From Owenia fusiformis (Eukaryota): a stretch of DNA of 64,000 bases. Where the stretch lies: assembly GCA_903813345.2 (NCBI GenBank), contig CAIIXF020000001.1, positions 39,866,001 to 39,930,000 on the forward strand, read 5' to 3'. Positions 1 to 12,550 of this stretch are shown here, piece after piece (positions within the stretch are counted from its first letter, which is position 1; each line of letters opens with the position of its first letter). The notes beneath the pieces were generated by a model, which made no database searches, had not been told where the DNA came from, and worked only from the letters and a program-made list of their open reading frames with translations. Made by a program: the position numbers and the translations under genes.

Positions 1-1118
1 GTAATTAAGAAATAGAAAGATTCAACCATTTACAGGCTTTGGTCTGCTATTAATGAAAACTTCCGTTTCCCAAATTTATGGAGGGGAGTGTACGTTCCTT
101 TCATTATAAGTTTTAAGTAACAAACAGGTAATTGTTATAATAATTGTGTAACAATTTTTATTTTCTAAAATACAGGTGGCATAAACAAAACGGGAATATA
201 CACAATTTGTGTCACCCGTTTTATTGTTAAATATAGTTAAGATAAAATTATGAATAAATTGATGAATAAAAATAAAAAGCATGCAGTTCTGAAATTTTTA
301 AATAACTTTCTCAACGAAGATGGATTTTTTTGTGTATTGAAAATGTGTGAAACAGTAGACTGTACAATGTAGCATCATACTCATCTACATAATATATGTT
401 TCATTTTGGCATACTCATCGTATCGAATTATTTGATACAAAATCACACATTGAAATGAAACGCAAACGCAAATTAAACGTCTAAAATCCAAGAAAGTTAT
501 TTCGGTAATAAACGAAAATGACTGTTACATTTTTGTGTCAACTGAAGCGTATTTACTTGTTTCGGACAAACCTTGATTTCTTATTTTGTGCCACGTTTCT
601 CTGCCTCGACGATATTTTACAAGATTTTTAAAATTATAACGACATATCTGTAAATTTTATTTGGAAAGAAAACAGTGTCAATCAGTGAGAGGCCGTCTGA
701 TTTAATCTACATTAATTTAACTTGACGCATTTAATCGATTTGCGATGTTAATTTGCACATCGTGTACATACGATTTCCAGATTTTTTGTTCAATTCACAT
801 TACCATACGTAATTGGATAGCGGAAAGTGATAACACAAATAAATCTCCAGTAGACAGATTTCATCCACCAAACGCAGGGCGCCATAAAACGTCCACTCTG
901 TTCTCTCCTTTATACAGAGTGGATGGTGTCCGGAGTCACGTGTTCCGAAATAGACAGATTCAAATATTAAGACTGAAAATAGTATTAATTTATATTGGCA
1001 TAGTCTTGGCTTTTCAATACCATAATTATATAACATTCATCACGCACCAAGATAGACCATCTAGGTGATCCCGATTCTAGGTGTTTTTGTTATATCTTTA
1101 ATCTCAACTCAATAACTC

Positions 1119-1333
1119 CATAGGCGTAGCTACTAGCCAGGGGTTGCGATGGGTGCGATCGCAGAAGAAGAGAGCTTTAAAATGCTTTTACAGTAGCTCA
1201 ATTTTGAAGGAAGTTGCATCAATCTTTGTAAAATTCAAGATAAATGGTTATGCCACAATCACCCCCCCCCCCTTACTGAAAACCGCGATCGCACCCCCCC
1301 CCCTCCCCTGACTGAAAGCTGGCTACGCCCCTG
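1119..1333. mobile_element. hAT5-like MITE, family 1 (copy 1)
   Basis: Ends CATAGGCGTAGC...GCTACGCCCCTG, 5-bp TSD AACTC on both sides; homologous to 7043-7304. Confidence 0.75.
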
Positions 1334-1383
1334 AACTCAATACTTCATCAAAGCGAGGGACATAAAAAGTGCGGAGATATATA

Positions 1384-1720
1384 TCAATCGTGCCTTGTAT
1401 TAATTCCGCACATAGCTAGGGAAGATATATCAAATTCTAGCCAGTGAGAACATAGTATTTCAAACAATCTATATTCTTGAAACAACAACCAAGCATCATA
1501 ACCAGCAGAGTGTTTCATAATGACTACACCCCCATCAGCCACCAATCCTAGATAGCATACCCCCATTTGTTCACATTAAAGCTTCTTCAATGCTGTTATG
1601 GATAAACTAGGAGTACTGGGTTTTATGAGAAATAAAGCTATTAGTTCTCCTAAGACCCAGAACGAATGGGTCGCCTAACTTAAACCCCACACTGACTCTT
1701 AAGAAAGGTAAATGGCTCAT
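1384..1720 (-). mobile_element. Decayed non-LTR retrotransposon reverse-transcriptase fragment
   Basis: Minus strand reads QCGV*LGDPF (like the RT motif GVQQGDPL), then CYLGLVADG and WLEFDISS (like YLDD and GLxLNxSK); stops and frameshifts present. Confidence 0.4.
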
Positions 1721-4513
1721 GATCCAAGTTTAGGAAAATTGATTTCTTTTGTTCCTACAATGAGGTAAATGTGTTGAGAAGTGGGTGGGTATAATTGGTT
1801 CAGCTTTAATGCACTGCATGTAACATGTAACTTTTTCTAATTCTGTTAACTGTTTTTTTTTCAAGTTAGCATTCATTCAAAATGTCAACACTTGACTCAG
1901 AAGGCATTCTGTTTGCACATACCTCCTGGCCACAATCACGAGGCTTTGTCGTCAACTGTACTGTCCACATTAATGTAAAAATATTGATCTCTCCCTGATT
2001 TTTCCATCAACGTTTCCACCAAAATAAAGGATTTAATCAGTGCTTATGTCACAGCATCTACACCTTTTAAGCTAATAGCAGATCAACAATTCAATAGATG
2101 CAAATTAAATTAAATTGAAAAACTACCGGATAGATTAAGCCCAGAATGTTCTGAAGTCTCAACTTGTAAGCTTGTAATTTGTCCTAGGTTGTAATGGAAT
2201 ACTGATGAAGCATCTCCGTAAGAGTAATAAATGCAATCCCGATCTAGATCTGTGAGTTAATGAAATCGAATCCACAGACATTCATTGTATTATATTTTCC
2301 AGCTAGCCATGGAAACCTATAAACGATAGCGTGCGGACTGTTTGTGGAACAATCAATGGAGCAAGCCACAAGTCACTAAAACTGAAATTCCCTGATATTA
2401 ACTACATATTTCTCGAAGCAGCAATAATTCATACTCAAATCCTCTAAAATAAAACCATCGAAAAATAAGAGATTTTATTATCTTTTGTTCACCTTTACTT
2501 TTTGAAATTCTGACATGGATTTATTATAATACATTGAGAATGCCTGTTAAAGTGATGATTTTTTTAAATGTTCATGCGCCACTTTGAGGAAGACGTCACA
2601 TCTTGTTTGATTGATACTGTCTGCTTGTTTATTTGGGTATAGTATACGATGCAACAACTGCAACCGAGTCACCCAAGACAGTGTTCGATATTAGCAAGCT
2701 CGATTCTATTGATCGATGTCATTAATTGGGAAAGACATGTGCCAGCAAGGTCATTTTGTAGCTTTAGAGAGATCTATTTTCCATAAATCATGATCAGGGA
2801 TTCACCCGATAGTTGTAACAAAGAGGGAGTGCAGCCCTTGTCTACTGAGGAACAATGCGCCCTATTTCTTTTCTTGATCCCAATGTTTCATCAGTTGCAA
2901 CCAGTTCATATGATGTCACACATCTAAGATTTGAAAATCTGTTGTTGCTGTTGTTCAAGATCGCTTCGCTTGATTAATAAACATTTACAAATGGAATACC
3001 AACAGGATAACAAGGAAAATTATCTCTAGCAAATAGTTTTTTCAAACCTGTATAAGATAACCTAAAAACGAATAATGTTGATTTAGATAAAACAAATGAA
3101 GCACTGTGCAATACATTTCAATAAGAAAGTATTTTGAGCCTTAAGCACGTCAAAGTACGTATTTACCATACGTGCATTAAGGTAAATCACAGTAACACTA
3201 TCGGCCCTCTTACTCATCAATCGGATAATCCTATAGTTGTCTAATAATGTGATGATGAAAAGAGCAAGCCACAATCTGAAATAACCTTTAAACATTTAGG
3301 TATACGCTCAGAGATGAGATACTATAATCTTTACTTAGACACGTCAGAACACCGTGACGTACATATCATTCTCCCGAAAAGGAGAAGTTCTCAGTCATGC
3401 GCATTAGTCTCTTAAATGACCTTAAAGGTTTGTGACAATAACCTACGCTCTGGCAGGGACATATAGACCTAAATTACAGTCAATAACTTCCTCGTGGGAG
3501 TTCTGACATCATTTTTCTTTTTCTGAATTGACATATTTCAGTTGCTGGTGCTATGGCTTGCTAAGCAGTCTTAACACGATTACATGGTACTCCAAGTAGG
3601 AAACCATATTCCCCGCATGTCGTGTAATATTCACTGAAATACATCATTTGGATATGAAGCAGGTTATAATTTCATAAAGCCTCATTAGATTGATTGTGTT
3701 AAAGATTTATGAACCGGGTCTGTGTCAACTTGATCTCCACGAATTTACAATTGTTTTCACTTGTGACTAAACACTTATTTTTTGTGAGACCTATAGCTAA
3801 TTGATCCATCAATTCGATGTCCGCCATGCTTAAACGGAAATTCACCTGGGTTCCTAGGAGATATTTAACACTGGTGGATTAGCCCCCTCCCCCTAAGATG
3901 GGCCCAAAAATTTGGCCACAAAACATTTTGGGCCTATTTGGTCATTTCTGGGTAAAATGGCCTAAAATTTTCAAATGTTGGGTCCAATTTGTGGTTTTAG
4001 TGGCCCAAGCCTTTCTCAATGTTGTTTCCCATGAATACCATTCGGTTAGGTTCACCTTGACACAAATCCATTTGAAAACACCCGTCTATCAATTTCAACG
4101 GTTCGGCCATTATTAGAACCTGGGACAAAGGAATTCCCCTAATAAGAAGGAAACAGGTGAAGCGCAAAATTAATCAAAACACCCCTTGGGGACTCTTGGT
4201 ATTAACAGATTAACAGATTAAAGGGCCTAAATGCCAACTGATTCTAAGATACGCAAGATTTAAAAAAGCCTGTACCATCAACAGTTTTTGTTACAAACCC
4301 TCTTTTTGTAAATAGTAGAACTTGACATAGTGCTCACGCAATTTTGAATTAAATGTCTTTCAGAATGATCAGAGGTACATACACCCCACATACTTTATTC
4401 TTACCTCCAATTTTAGAGCACAACCCCTTTTGAAAAGTACATGTTTGAAAATAATCTTAGCTGTTAGGCTTAATGCTTTTAATACATCCTATCGGACTTT
4501 TCGTTTAATATTA

Positions 4514-4764
4514 GGGAGATTAAGCTACGTTTTCAATGTTCAAGAGAACCTGAACGCGAACGTGTAATATTATGACCCCGGGGATTACTGAGCCCCTCTC
4601 ATTTTTTTCTAGGGACCGAATTGCAACTATTTTCTAATTTTCTTTATACCTTTATACTCAAGAGGGTAAGTGAACAATACGTAGGGGGAAACGTATCTCC
4701 AGAGGACCATTATTCTACACGTTCACGTACAGGTTGTCTTGAAATCGTATAGCTTACCTCCCTA
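4514..4764. mobile_element. Fold-back MITE (Harbinger-like ends)
   Basis: AGGGAGATTAAGCTA...TAGCTTACCTCCCT ends with internal inverted arms TTCAAGAGAACCTG / CAGGTTGTCTTGAA. Confidence 0.55.
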
Positions 4765-5331
4765 TTATCATTTAAAACCGAGTCAGCATAAACGGCAGTA
4801 AAAACCCTTGTGCTAGACTACATAACATTCATATCATCTTATTAATACTATAGCATTTCATTGCCTACATAGTATGTCTTTCTAGCTGATTCGAAGTTAA
4901 CATACCTGAGTGAAGGATCTGAGTTTTTAATAAGACTGTTTTAGATATATATAATATCGCCAATGTGATGGTTGCCATTGTGATATTGTTTCAAAATCAT
5001 TCAGACATTTTACAATTATGAAATGGAACTGTCGTTTTTAGAATTGTTGAGTAATAGCATTGTGCATGAATTATTAATTCTCATATGTTTCCATTTGCAA
5101 GCTGTTAATCTCGTATACGTTGTGATATAGATCTTCGGAGAGTGTTTTATTGTATACATGTCACATTATTAAAAAGAATGAACAATCGGAAAAATCCATG
5201 ATCCTATTTTATGCCTTTTAGATGATTAGTATCAAACAAGTTGTATGTAGTGCCAAAGTTCTCACAATAACCTAAATATCACCCATCCAATCCCTACCCG
5301 AAAGTAGCTTCTGTTTTGGCGTTAATTAGTA

Positions 5332-5485
5332 CCGTGTAAAAGGGTAGGAGGTCCTATTAATTTATGGCCCTACTCTCCATTGATTGACCTCTTTCCCTTA
5401 TTATCTTATACACAATCAGGGCCATTAAGGGCCTTTAAAAAGGGGGACCATTATCCCTGGGGGACCATAATTTCTTTCACACCGG
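5332..5485. mobile_element. Short TIR element, CCGG-ended family (copy 1)
   Basis: CCG(G)TGTAAAAG...CTTTCACACCGG; near-identical copies at 9545-9721 and 26138-26313. Confidence 0.7.
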
Positions 5486-5879
5486 ATTTACAAGTCACAG
5501 GTTGAGTCCGCACCATCGAATGGTCGTGTGGACCAATGTTACCCTTAAATAGCAAAACTTCTAGATTAAATATCATCTCATAGATAATCTTACAGTATGG
5601 AATTCTAATGTTTCATTTTCCAATATCGAATCATAAAAATGCTGGCCGACACCTGTTGTGTTTGCACCTTTAGTAAACTAAAGTTAGGTTTCTTGTAATG
5701 AACGAGACCTCCAAAATAAGCAATACTAACACGTGTTCAATAGTGTAAATATATCTTTGAGACCAGACCTTCTTCATGATACTAAAATACATCCAAGTCG
5801 ACAAAGACTAAATGTTCCCCTCAAAACTTAAAAAACGCCAAATCATTTATAATTATTCTTTGTAAACATTTATTCTTAC

Positions 5880-6243
5880 CACTTCGGTAAAAGTCGATAA
5901 TGCCACTGAACACACCAGGGTGGCGATCGTAGAAATATTCCTTCTTGTCCACCTCAAGATGGCGATCGGCCAAAGAACAGAGGCGGGTGTTGCGGTATCT
6001 CTGGAGCGTGGAAACGACGGTCTCGTGTCGCAATCCCCCAACATTGATGACGATTTTAACATCATCATCGGCGACGCCATGGTCTATGGTTTCGTTATCG
6101 CTTACAGGCTCTATAGCTATGCTGAGTTTAGAATGTAAACCTGTACTCATTTTAATTGGCTTTGGATGGTCACCTTTCATCAAGTCATCATGTTCCATAA
6201 CTCCAACTTTATCACATTGTAACACGTCTATGATTTTGCTCAT
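5880..6243 (-). CDS. First coding exon of a voltage-gated potassium channel, Shaw/Kv3-like, T1 (BTB) tetramerisation domain
   Basis: ORF has IVINVGGLRHET...TRL...EYFYDRHPGVF..IIDFYRSG, the Kv T1 signature (RHET and DRHPGVF are Shaw-like). It ends at a phase-1 donor G|GTAAGA. Downstream exons were not recognised in 1-5879, so a KCTD-type BTB protein is not formally excluded. Confidence 0.8.
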
Positions 6244-7042
6244 TTATATCAATCATCATGATAAGCTGCATACCCTATCATAGATATGAACGCATCCACT
6301 GTACGCCTTCAATCATCGCCATGCATGAGCGATCCATAAGCAACATCCAATTCGCTCAACGTGTACATATATCATTCTCTTTTGCTTCATACATAGAGCC
6401 TGTATCATTCCTGTTTTTGTAGGACACTCGTATCGTAAAATATTTAAATATTCATAGAATATGATTCCCGATGATGCCACACCTAAATCATCTTGTATCC
6501 GTATGCTGGTTCATCTATTAGTCTGATACTAAATCGCTCATAGTTGATAGAAGCTTAAAGCGGGTATATCGATGCAAACCTATTTAATTGAACCTGTGCC
6601 GCATACACGTTAGCTGCTACAAGCAGAATTCCTTTGCTGTTCAGTGTTTGCCTGTATGTAGAATAATCTAAATTTCGTGTCATCGTGTCTCCTGTTTTTC
6701 ACCGAAAGCCAATTAATTTGGTATTAGCTAATGCATTTGCTTTCTCGCTTTACCTATTGCTTTAGCTTTATACCATGAATACTATGATATCATGCGTACG
6801 AAACCATAAGTCGGTCTAGCTAGCTGCACTATATTTACCCTTTGCATTCGTTTGACTTCACTTCTTAAAAGAGAGCTTCGTAGTTTAACTAGACTCTGCG
6901 CGCAGGGTACACTATATTCCCTTCATTCAGACAATATCATAGGGCAACCATTACGATGACTATCGTTTCCGTAACATTCAGAACATTTTCCAAGGTTACA
7001 TTATTCTGTCTTTCGCTTTATCATCGAGGATGTGATGGGTAT

Positions 7043-7304
7043 AATAGGCGTAGCCAGGGGGTGCGATGGGTGCGATCGCACCCCTCCTCCCCCAAAACAA
7101 AACCATGAGAAAGAAGAAGAAAAAAGCTTTAAGATGCTTTTTATTTGAAGCTTCTAGCTCAATTTTGAAGAAAGTTGCATCAATTTTTGTAAAATTCAAA
7201 TTAAATCTTTTTTTGGCTTGATTATGCCACAATCGCACATCCGATTAAAAACCAATCTTTTGGCGATCACACACCCCTCTGACTGAAAGCTGGCTACGCG
7301 CCTG
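7043..7304. mobile_element. hAT5-like MITE, family 1 (copy 2)
   Basis: TAGGCGTAGCCAGGGG...CTGGCTACGCGCCTG, 5-bp TSD GGTAT. Confidence 0.75.
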
Positions 7305-8982
7305 GGTATTGAACAATATCATACTCTCCGGATATCAATGGGATGGGTTCATTTTGTCGTAGTGCGTAACAATTTTAAAATCTGCAGATGAATATTTTCC
7401 AGCTAAAAATGAATGCCCACGCCATCAACTTTTTTTCACATTTTCCATGTATGCGGTATCCCAACACAGAAGCAAGGCAGTTAGCGCATCGCTGGAGTTC
7501 AGTGATGTTATATATACTGCCATGGACCTCCACCATTTTGATACTCATCACATTTTTCTGCCTTCAGTTAGAAATATGATTCTGATACTCATCATATCTT
7601 TCTGTCTTCAATTAGAAATATGCTTTTTCAAGAAAACTGAACGGAACCAGATCGAAAGTAAGCCGAAAGTAAACTTTCTCATGGCATACTAGAAAGAAGC
7701 TAATAAAAGGCCATGATTTCTCATGATGAAATTGATCCCTTTCGCCATCTTTTATAGTGGTACCGGTCTGTAATCATCGTATCTGTGAGCCCCATTGTGC
7801 ATATGGAATACATTGACGGATCAAGAGGGGATCAAGATAAAGATCTATGAAGACTCCTTCCCGGGGACTCCTTCATAATTATCTGCCGCTTGGAAAGTTT
7901 AAGACAAAGGTTAGTTATAGCCTGGCTTTATGTTACATAAATCCCAGCACCAATCCAAGGGATCCGAGTTACATTAATTCACATAAGAAGTTTAAAACAT
8001 ATCTTGTGGAACATTCCCTTTGCTGGGATTTATTCCAATTCTGAATGGTAGAATGACAGTTAGTTTATATAAATACTCTTATGAATGAAAAATAGTACGA
8101 CTGCTCTTATTTTTGATTGAGTCTATTTTCCACGAGTTAAAACGTTTTATAGATTTTTAACAATATGGCAATGGGGATATGGCCCTGCCATTCCGTTTTT
8201 ATTAAAAAGCTTCTAGGAAAAAATTGAATGTCCTTCATGTTTTTGAATTTTTGATCTCTGGATTTATTACCTTATCCACGTTATTACATTGGCGGTTCGT
8301 CAAAGAAGTTGTGGTAGTGGAACATACTCTAGCATGCGCAACGTTTACGCGTTTTATCAGCTTAAAAACAACATACCTTTTGTAAATCTTCCAAAACTCT
8401 GATTTCATTTAGGAAAACACTCATTTCATTGCAAGGGAAATATGTACGATAAAGAAGTGTAAATCAATTAGCTATTTAAAAAGGCGCAGCGTGAATAAAT
8501 GTAATAATTCTGCAATAGGGGACTTGCTTGTGAATGTGAAAAAACTGTAAATGGTATTCTATGCGTTTCGAAACTTTGACATTACAAAAAATGTTTTGGT
8601 TGAATTTTAATTCTTTTTTTATGATACTGTATGAAAGCCTTTGCCATGCATGAAACGAATTAATATTGACGCCCTTGGTTCAATGAATCGTGAGTGTTTC
8701 ATACATTCGTTCGTTTTGGTCGTCTTTTACGTCCTCGAGTAGGTAGTCTTGTTATATGACCAGTTTAATTTTATCAGTTAAATCCTTTTATCAATTAATA
8801 TAGTACAACATACACAGATATCGTCATGCCATTAGCATGCTTGCTACATATTCCCCAGGCATCCTACAAGGTACATTCACATCTTGTCATGCCATGCCGC
8901 TCTAAAGCAGAGACATATAAAACATTTTATATGTCTCTGTCTGAAGGGTACGAGAGGGGGACGATTTTGTGAACTTTGATAA

Positions 8983-9413
8983 GGCCATAAGAAGTAGATT
9001 CTTTGTTTTGCGTCCTGGCAAAATCCAAATCATGCAAGGGTACAAGGAAAACAAACACAAACTCAAGAGAAAACACAAACTTGTTTGCTGAGAATTGTTT
9101 TCATTTTATGGGGATAAAAGGGGATGACATACCAATTTGAAGTGATTACAATAGATACATTTTATACAATATAATTTAAACATAGCTATAATTCAAGGGT
9201 AATTAGAAAATACACAATGTATGCCAAAGTAATCAATAACACTGTCAATTTTGACACATCAAATTATCCGCCATTTCGTCTGATTCTGATTGAACGAAAT
9301 GTGATGGTACTTTCAGACCCTTGTGATTGCAATTTGGATGTGTTTGTTTTTCTGATTTACTCAAAATCATGCAAGCAAGGGGACGCAAAACAAAGAATCT
9401 ACTTCTTATGGCC
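8983..9413. mobile_element. MITE with TAA TSD (Zator/Harbinger-like)
   Basis: TIR GGCCATAAGAAGTAGATTCTTTGTTTTGCGTCC and its reverse complement, flanked by TAA on both sides. Confidence 0.75.
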
Positions 9414-9544
9414 TAATGCTTTTTCTCCTGTAAACGCGCTTGATAGCTTTATATTGAAGTTTTGAAGTTGTAAATTATATACTGAGACAAATGTTATTAT
9501 ATGACTCTGGCATAACCCAGCAGTGGTCTTTGTAGAGTAAGACC

Positions 9545-9721
9545 CCGGTGTAAAAGGGTAGGTGGTCCTATGAAATTTTGGTCCTACTCTCTATTCATTT
9601 ATATGGTGACCTAATTACAATTATTTTCCTTATTATTTATACACAGTCAGGGCCAGTAAGGGCCGTAAGCTAAGGAAAGGGGACCATAATCCCCAGGGGA
9701 CCATCATTTCTTTCACACCGG
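9545..9721. mobile_element. Short TIR element, CCGG-ended family (copy 2)
   Basis: CCGGTGTAAAAG...CTTTCACACCGG, homologous to the copies at 5332 and 26138. Confidence 0.7.
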
Positions 9722-10464
9722 GAGACTAATTATATCCCTCGGATTTAGCTATTGTGAAATCCACAGATTGTACAACGGTGTACTTTGGTATACCATCTCG
9801 AGCATTAGATAAAGAGGGACTCTGATAAATCAGAAAAGTTCTATCTTTGTTTTAAACTTACAAGTCAGATATTTGAAACTTCTAAAGTTTTGAATTTCGC
9901 GCCATGGCATAATGTACCAAAAAGTGCTTTATCTCAGTAGAACAGCCTCGTTATGAAAATCAACAAAAATGAAAAAATATGAAAATGTAATAAACAATAT
10001 TTCCACTGTATAACACAATAAGAAGACATGTTTACACCATGAAAGGTAATTCAATCATTAGTTAGTTTGCGTTTGTTGACGTTTATACAACAAACATTGT
10101 CACGTGAGCATCACAAGCATTCATAAACCATCGATCATGATATGATGTGACACAGGAGCGTGAAGCGCCATCTATACTGTTCTTGATGGAAGTAGTAGCA
10201 TAAAGTTAGTAATATAGATTTCTACCCCTATCCAGAACACTTCAAATGGCGCTTTATGCATTGTGATGCCCGGGGGTTCACTGTATACAAAATCTGGTGG
10301 AGTGCGGATCATTTTACAAATTTTTGCAATGCTAACATTCGCAGTATTATCTTGCCAAAATAGCAAGATTGAGGTATGAAATATGTTTTTCTAGATCCTT
10401 TAGGGTGTTATCCCGAGCCTGAAATTATTTTCACCATGGTCTTGCCTCAAGACTATGGACTCAC

Positions 10465-10888
10465 CTTATGGTCAGGGTGCATGATGGGAAATTTTCTGCA
10501 TTCCTCAATTGAGTCACATGTTATTTTTCAAACAAGAATCACTCCTTCCCCACATTGTCTATATCTTCCAGTTTTGCACAAAGAGTGCACTTATGTGCCT
10601 AGAAAAGACTTGTGAGAAGGATGTTTTGATAAAGTGTATAAAAAATGAGAAAATTCAGTGAAAAAAATTTCTGAAAATTTTCTGATTTTTTTCACTGAAT
10701 TTTCTCATTTTTTATACATTTTACAAAACAAACCTTCTCACAAGGCTTTTCTAGGCACATAAGTGCACTCTTTGTGCAAACTTGGAAGATGTAGACAATT
10801 TGGGGAAGGAGTTATTCTTGTTTGAAAAATAACATGTGACTCAATTGAGGAATGCAGAAAATTTCCCAACATGCACCCTGTCCTTAAG
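10465..10888. mobile_element. Palindromic fold-back MITE (Kolobok-like TTAA end)
   Basis: About 205-bp inverted arms CAGGGTGCATG... / ...CATGCACCCTGTCCTTAAG meeting near 10677. Confidence 0.8.
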
Positions 10889-11149
10889 TATGAAGGCATT
10901 TGTGTATTGCCTTGCTTTTTTCAGGAAAGTATCATTACACTGTCTTCTTTTAGAATATCTAGAAACAGGTCAATGGTAGCTCCTGTGTTGTCTGGAAACT
11001 TTGAAAGAAAATTTGGAAAAATAGAAAGTGTGAAATATCAGAATTTCCTGTAGTTCCCATTAAACGCCTACCAGATATTCAAAAAGAAGACAATGTAATG
11101 ATACTTTCCTGTAAAAAGCAAGGAAATTGACACATGCCTTCATACTTTA
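10885..11149. mobile_element. Second fold-back MITE abutting the first
   Basis: AAGTATGAAGGCAT...ATGCCTTCATACTT inverted ends with ~75-bp arms. Confidence 0.7.
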
Positions 11150-12550
11150 TTTTGTACCAGAAAATAACATGTGCAGGTATAGCAATTTTTTACCAAAATG
11201 TTAACTTTCCAGCTGTACCTTAATATGCCCAAACTGCATCTACATTTTTGCGTTCAATCTTGGTCTAGCTCACGCTAGGCGATTGGTAAAACAGGTTGGA
11301 GGGGGGAGCAGGCAATAAATCTGGAAGATTTATTTTTTCCAGAGAAAGTCTTCTATTGAATTGCCTTATGGATAGGTGCATGGTATGTTCTGATCTTATA
11401 GGATCTTTTGCACTGATACGCTTCTGAGATATGAGATCTATGAAAAAAGATGCAAGGCCTGACCAACGTGCACACTGCACAAGACAATGCTTTTGCTGTA
11501 AATCGAGCAACAATGGTCTATAGATACAACCTGTAATAAATTCTTGTTTTGACGTTATTTATAACAAAATTAATGCCATTGGTGACCCAAAGAAGGGGTT
11601 TAATAGGTGGCAGGCAACAATTTTCACCTGTTACTAGTTTTTATATTGTTTTTAAATTTTTGCTGGTTGCCCTGTGTGTGAAAGCACGACCAGGAGATAT
11701 GATCTAAATACAATAATCTTTGCTTTGAATAAGTGCTATATTGTTGTCGTATTTCGCTGATAGGAATGCATGAATGCTCGTCTGTCTGTCTGGGCTGGCA
11801 GGCACCACTGAATTTTGAATTTTTCAATAGAAAGTGCGATATTCATCACTGTGTGTGTCTTGTTATTGGATCTTATTATCTTTTAATAATGCTGTAGTAG
11901 ACGTATTTGAGATATTTATAGACAGACAACACCCTCTTGAGTGTTTTTTACATGATAGATTAGAACTGAACTTTGGTAATATGGACTGAATTGCGCTATC
12001 AATGTCAGGAGTTAGTACATTGTTTTACATGGGTATTGCATGAATAATGTAACATCTTTGACTTATCACCTGAAATTACAAATGCAGTGATCTCCCTAAC
12101 CTCTGGGCAACAGGCAGACAAACCCTGTTGAAAATTATATCACACCCTGAGCTGACAATCTGCTTGCAACATGTCAAAAGGATGAAAACCCATGAAGATA
12201 CCTTATATATGGATATCGTACATAGAAATGGTTACAAAAATATCATGTTATCTAAACTAGGGTACTTGCAAGTGAAAACATGTGATTAATGTTTAAACCA
12301 GTTTTACTTGTTTACAAGTGTAAATTGTAATTGATACGTTTATCTGTTTAACCAACACTTGAATTTTTGATCTTTTGGCAGGTTGTACCATGTGATTATA
12401 TGGTAGAATGTACCAGATAAAACGCCATTCACAACACAGCGCCACACTATATATGGGAATGTCCAAAGATGGAGCAGTTGAATATGATCTTTCCAAATGG
12501 ACTAGAACTTAACTTGATCTAAAGGAATATTAAAGGACACCATTGTTATA

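Noticed and set aside
745..1068. 107-aa ORF as a downstream Kv exon or separate gene
   Set aside because: Wrong strand for the channel, no family motif, no convincing splice context.
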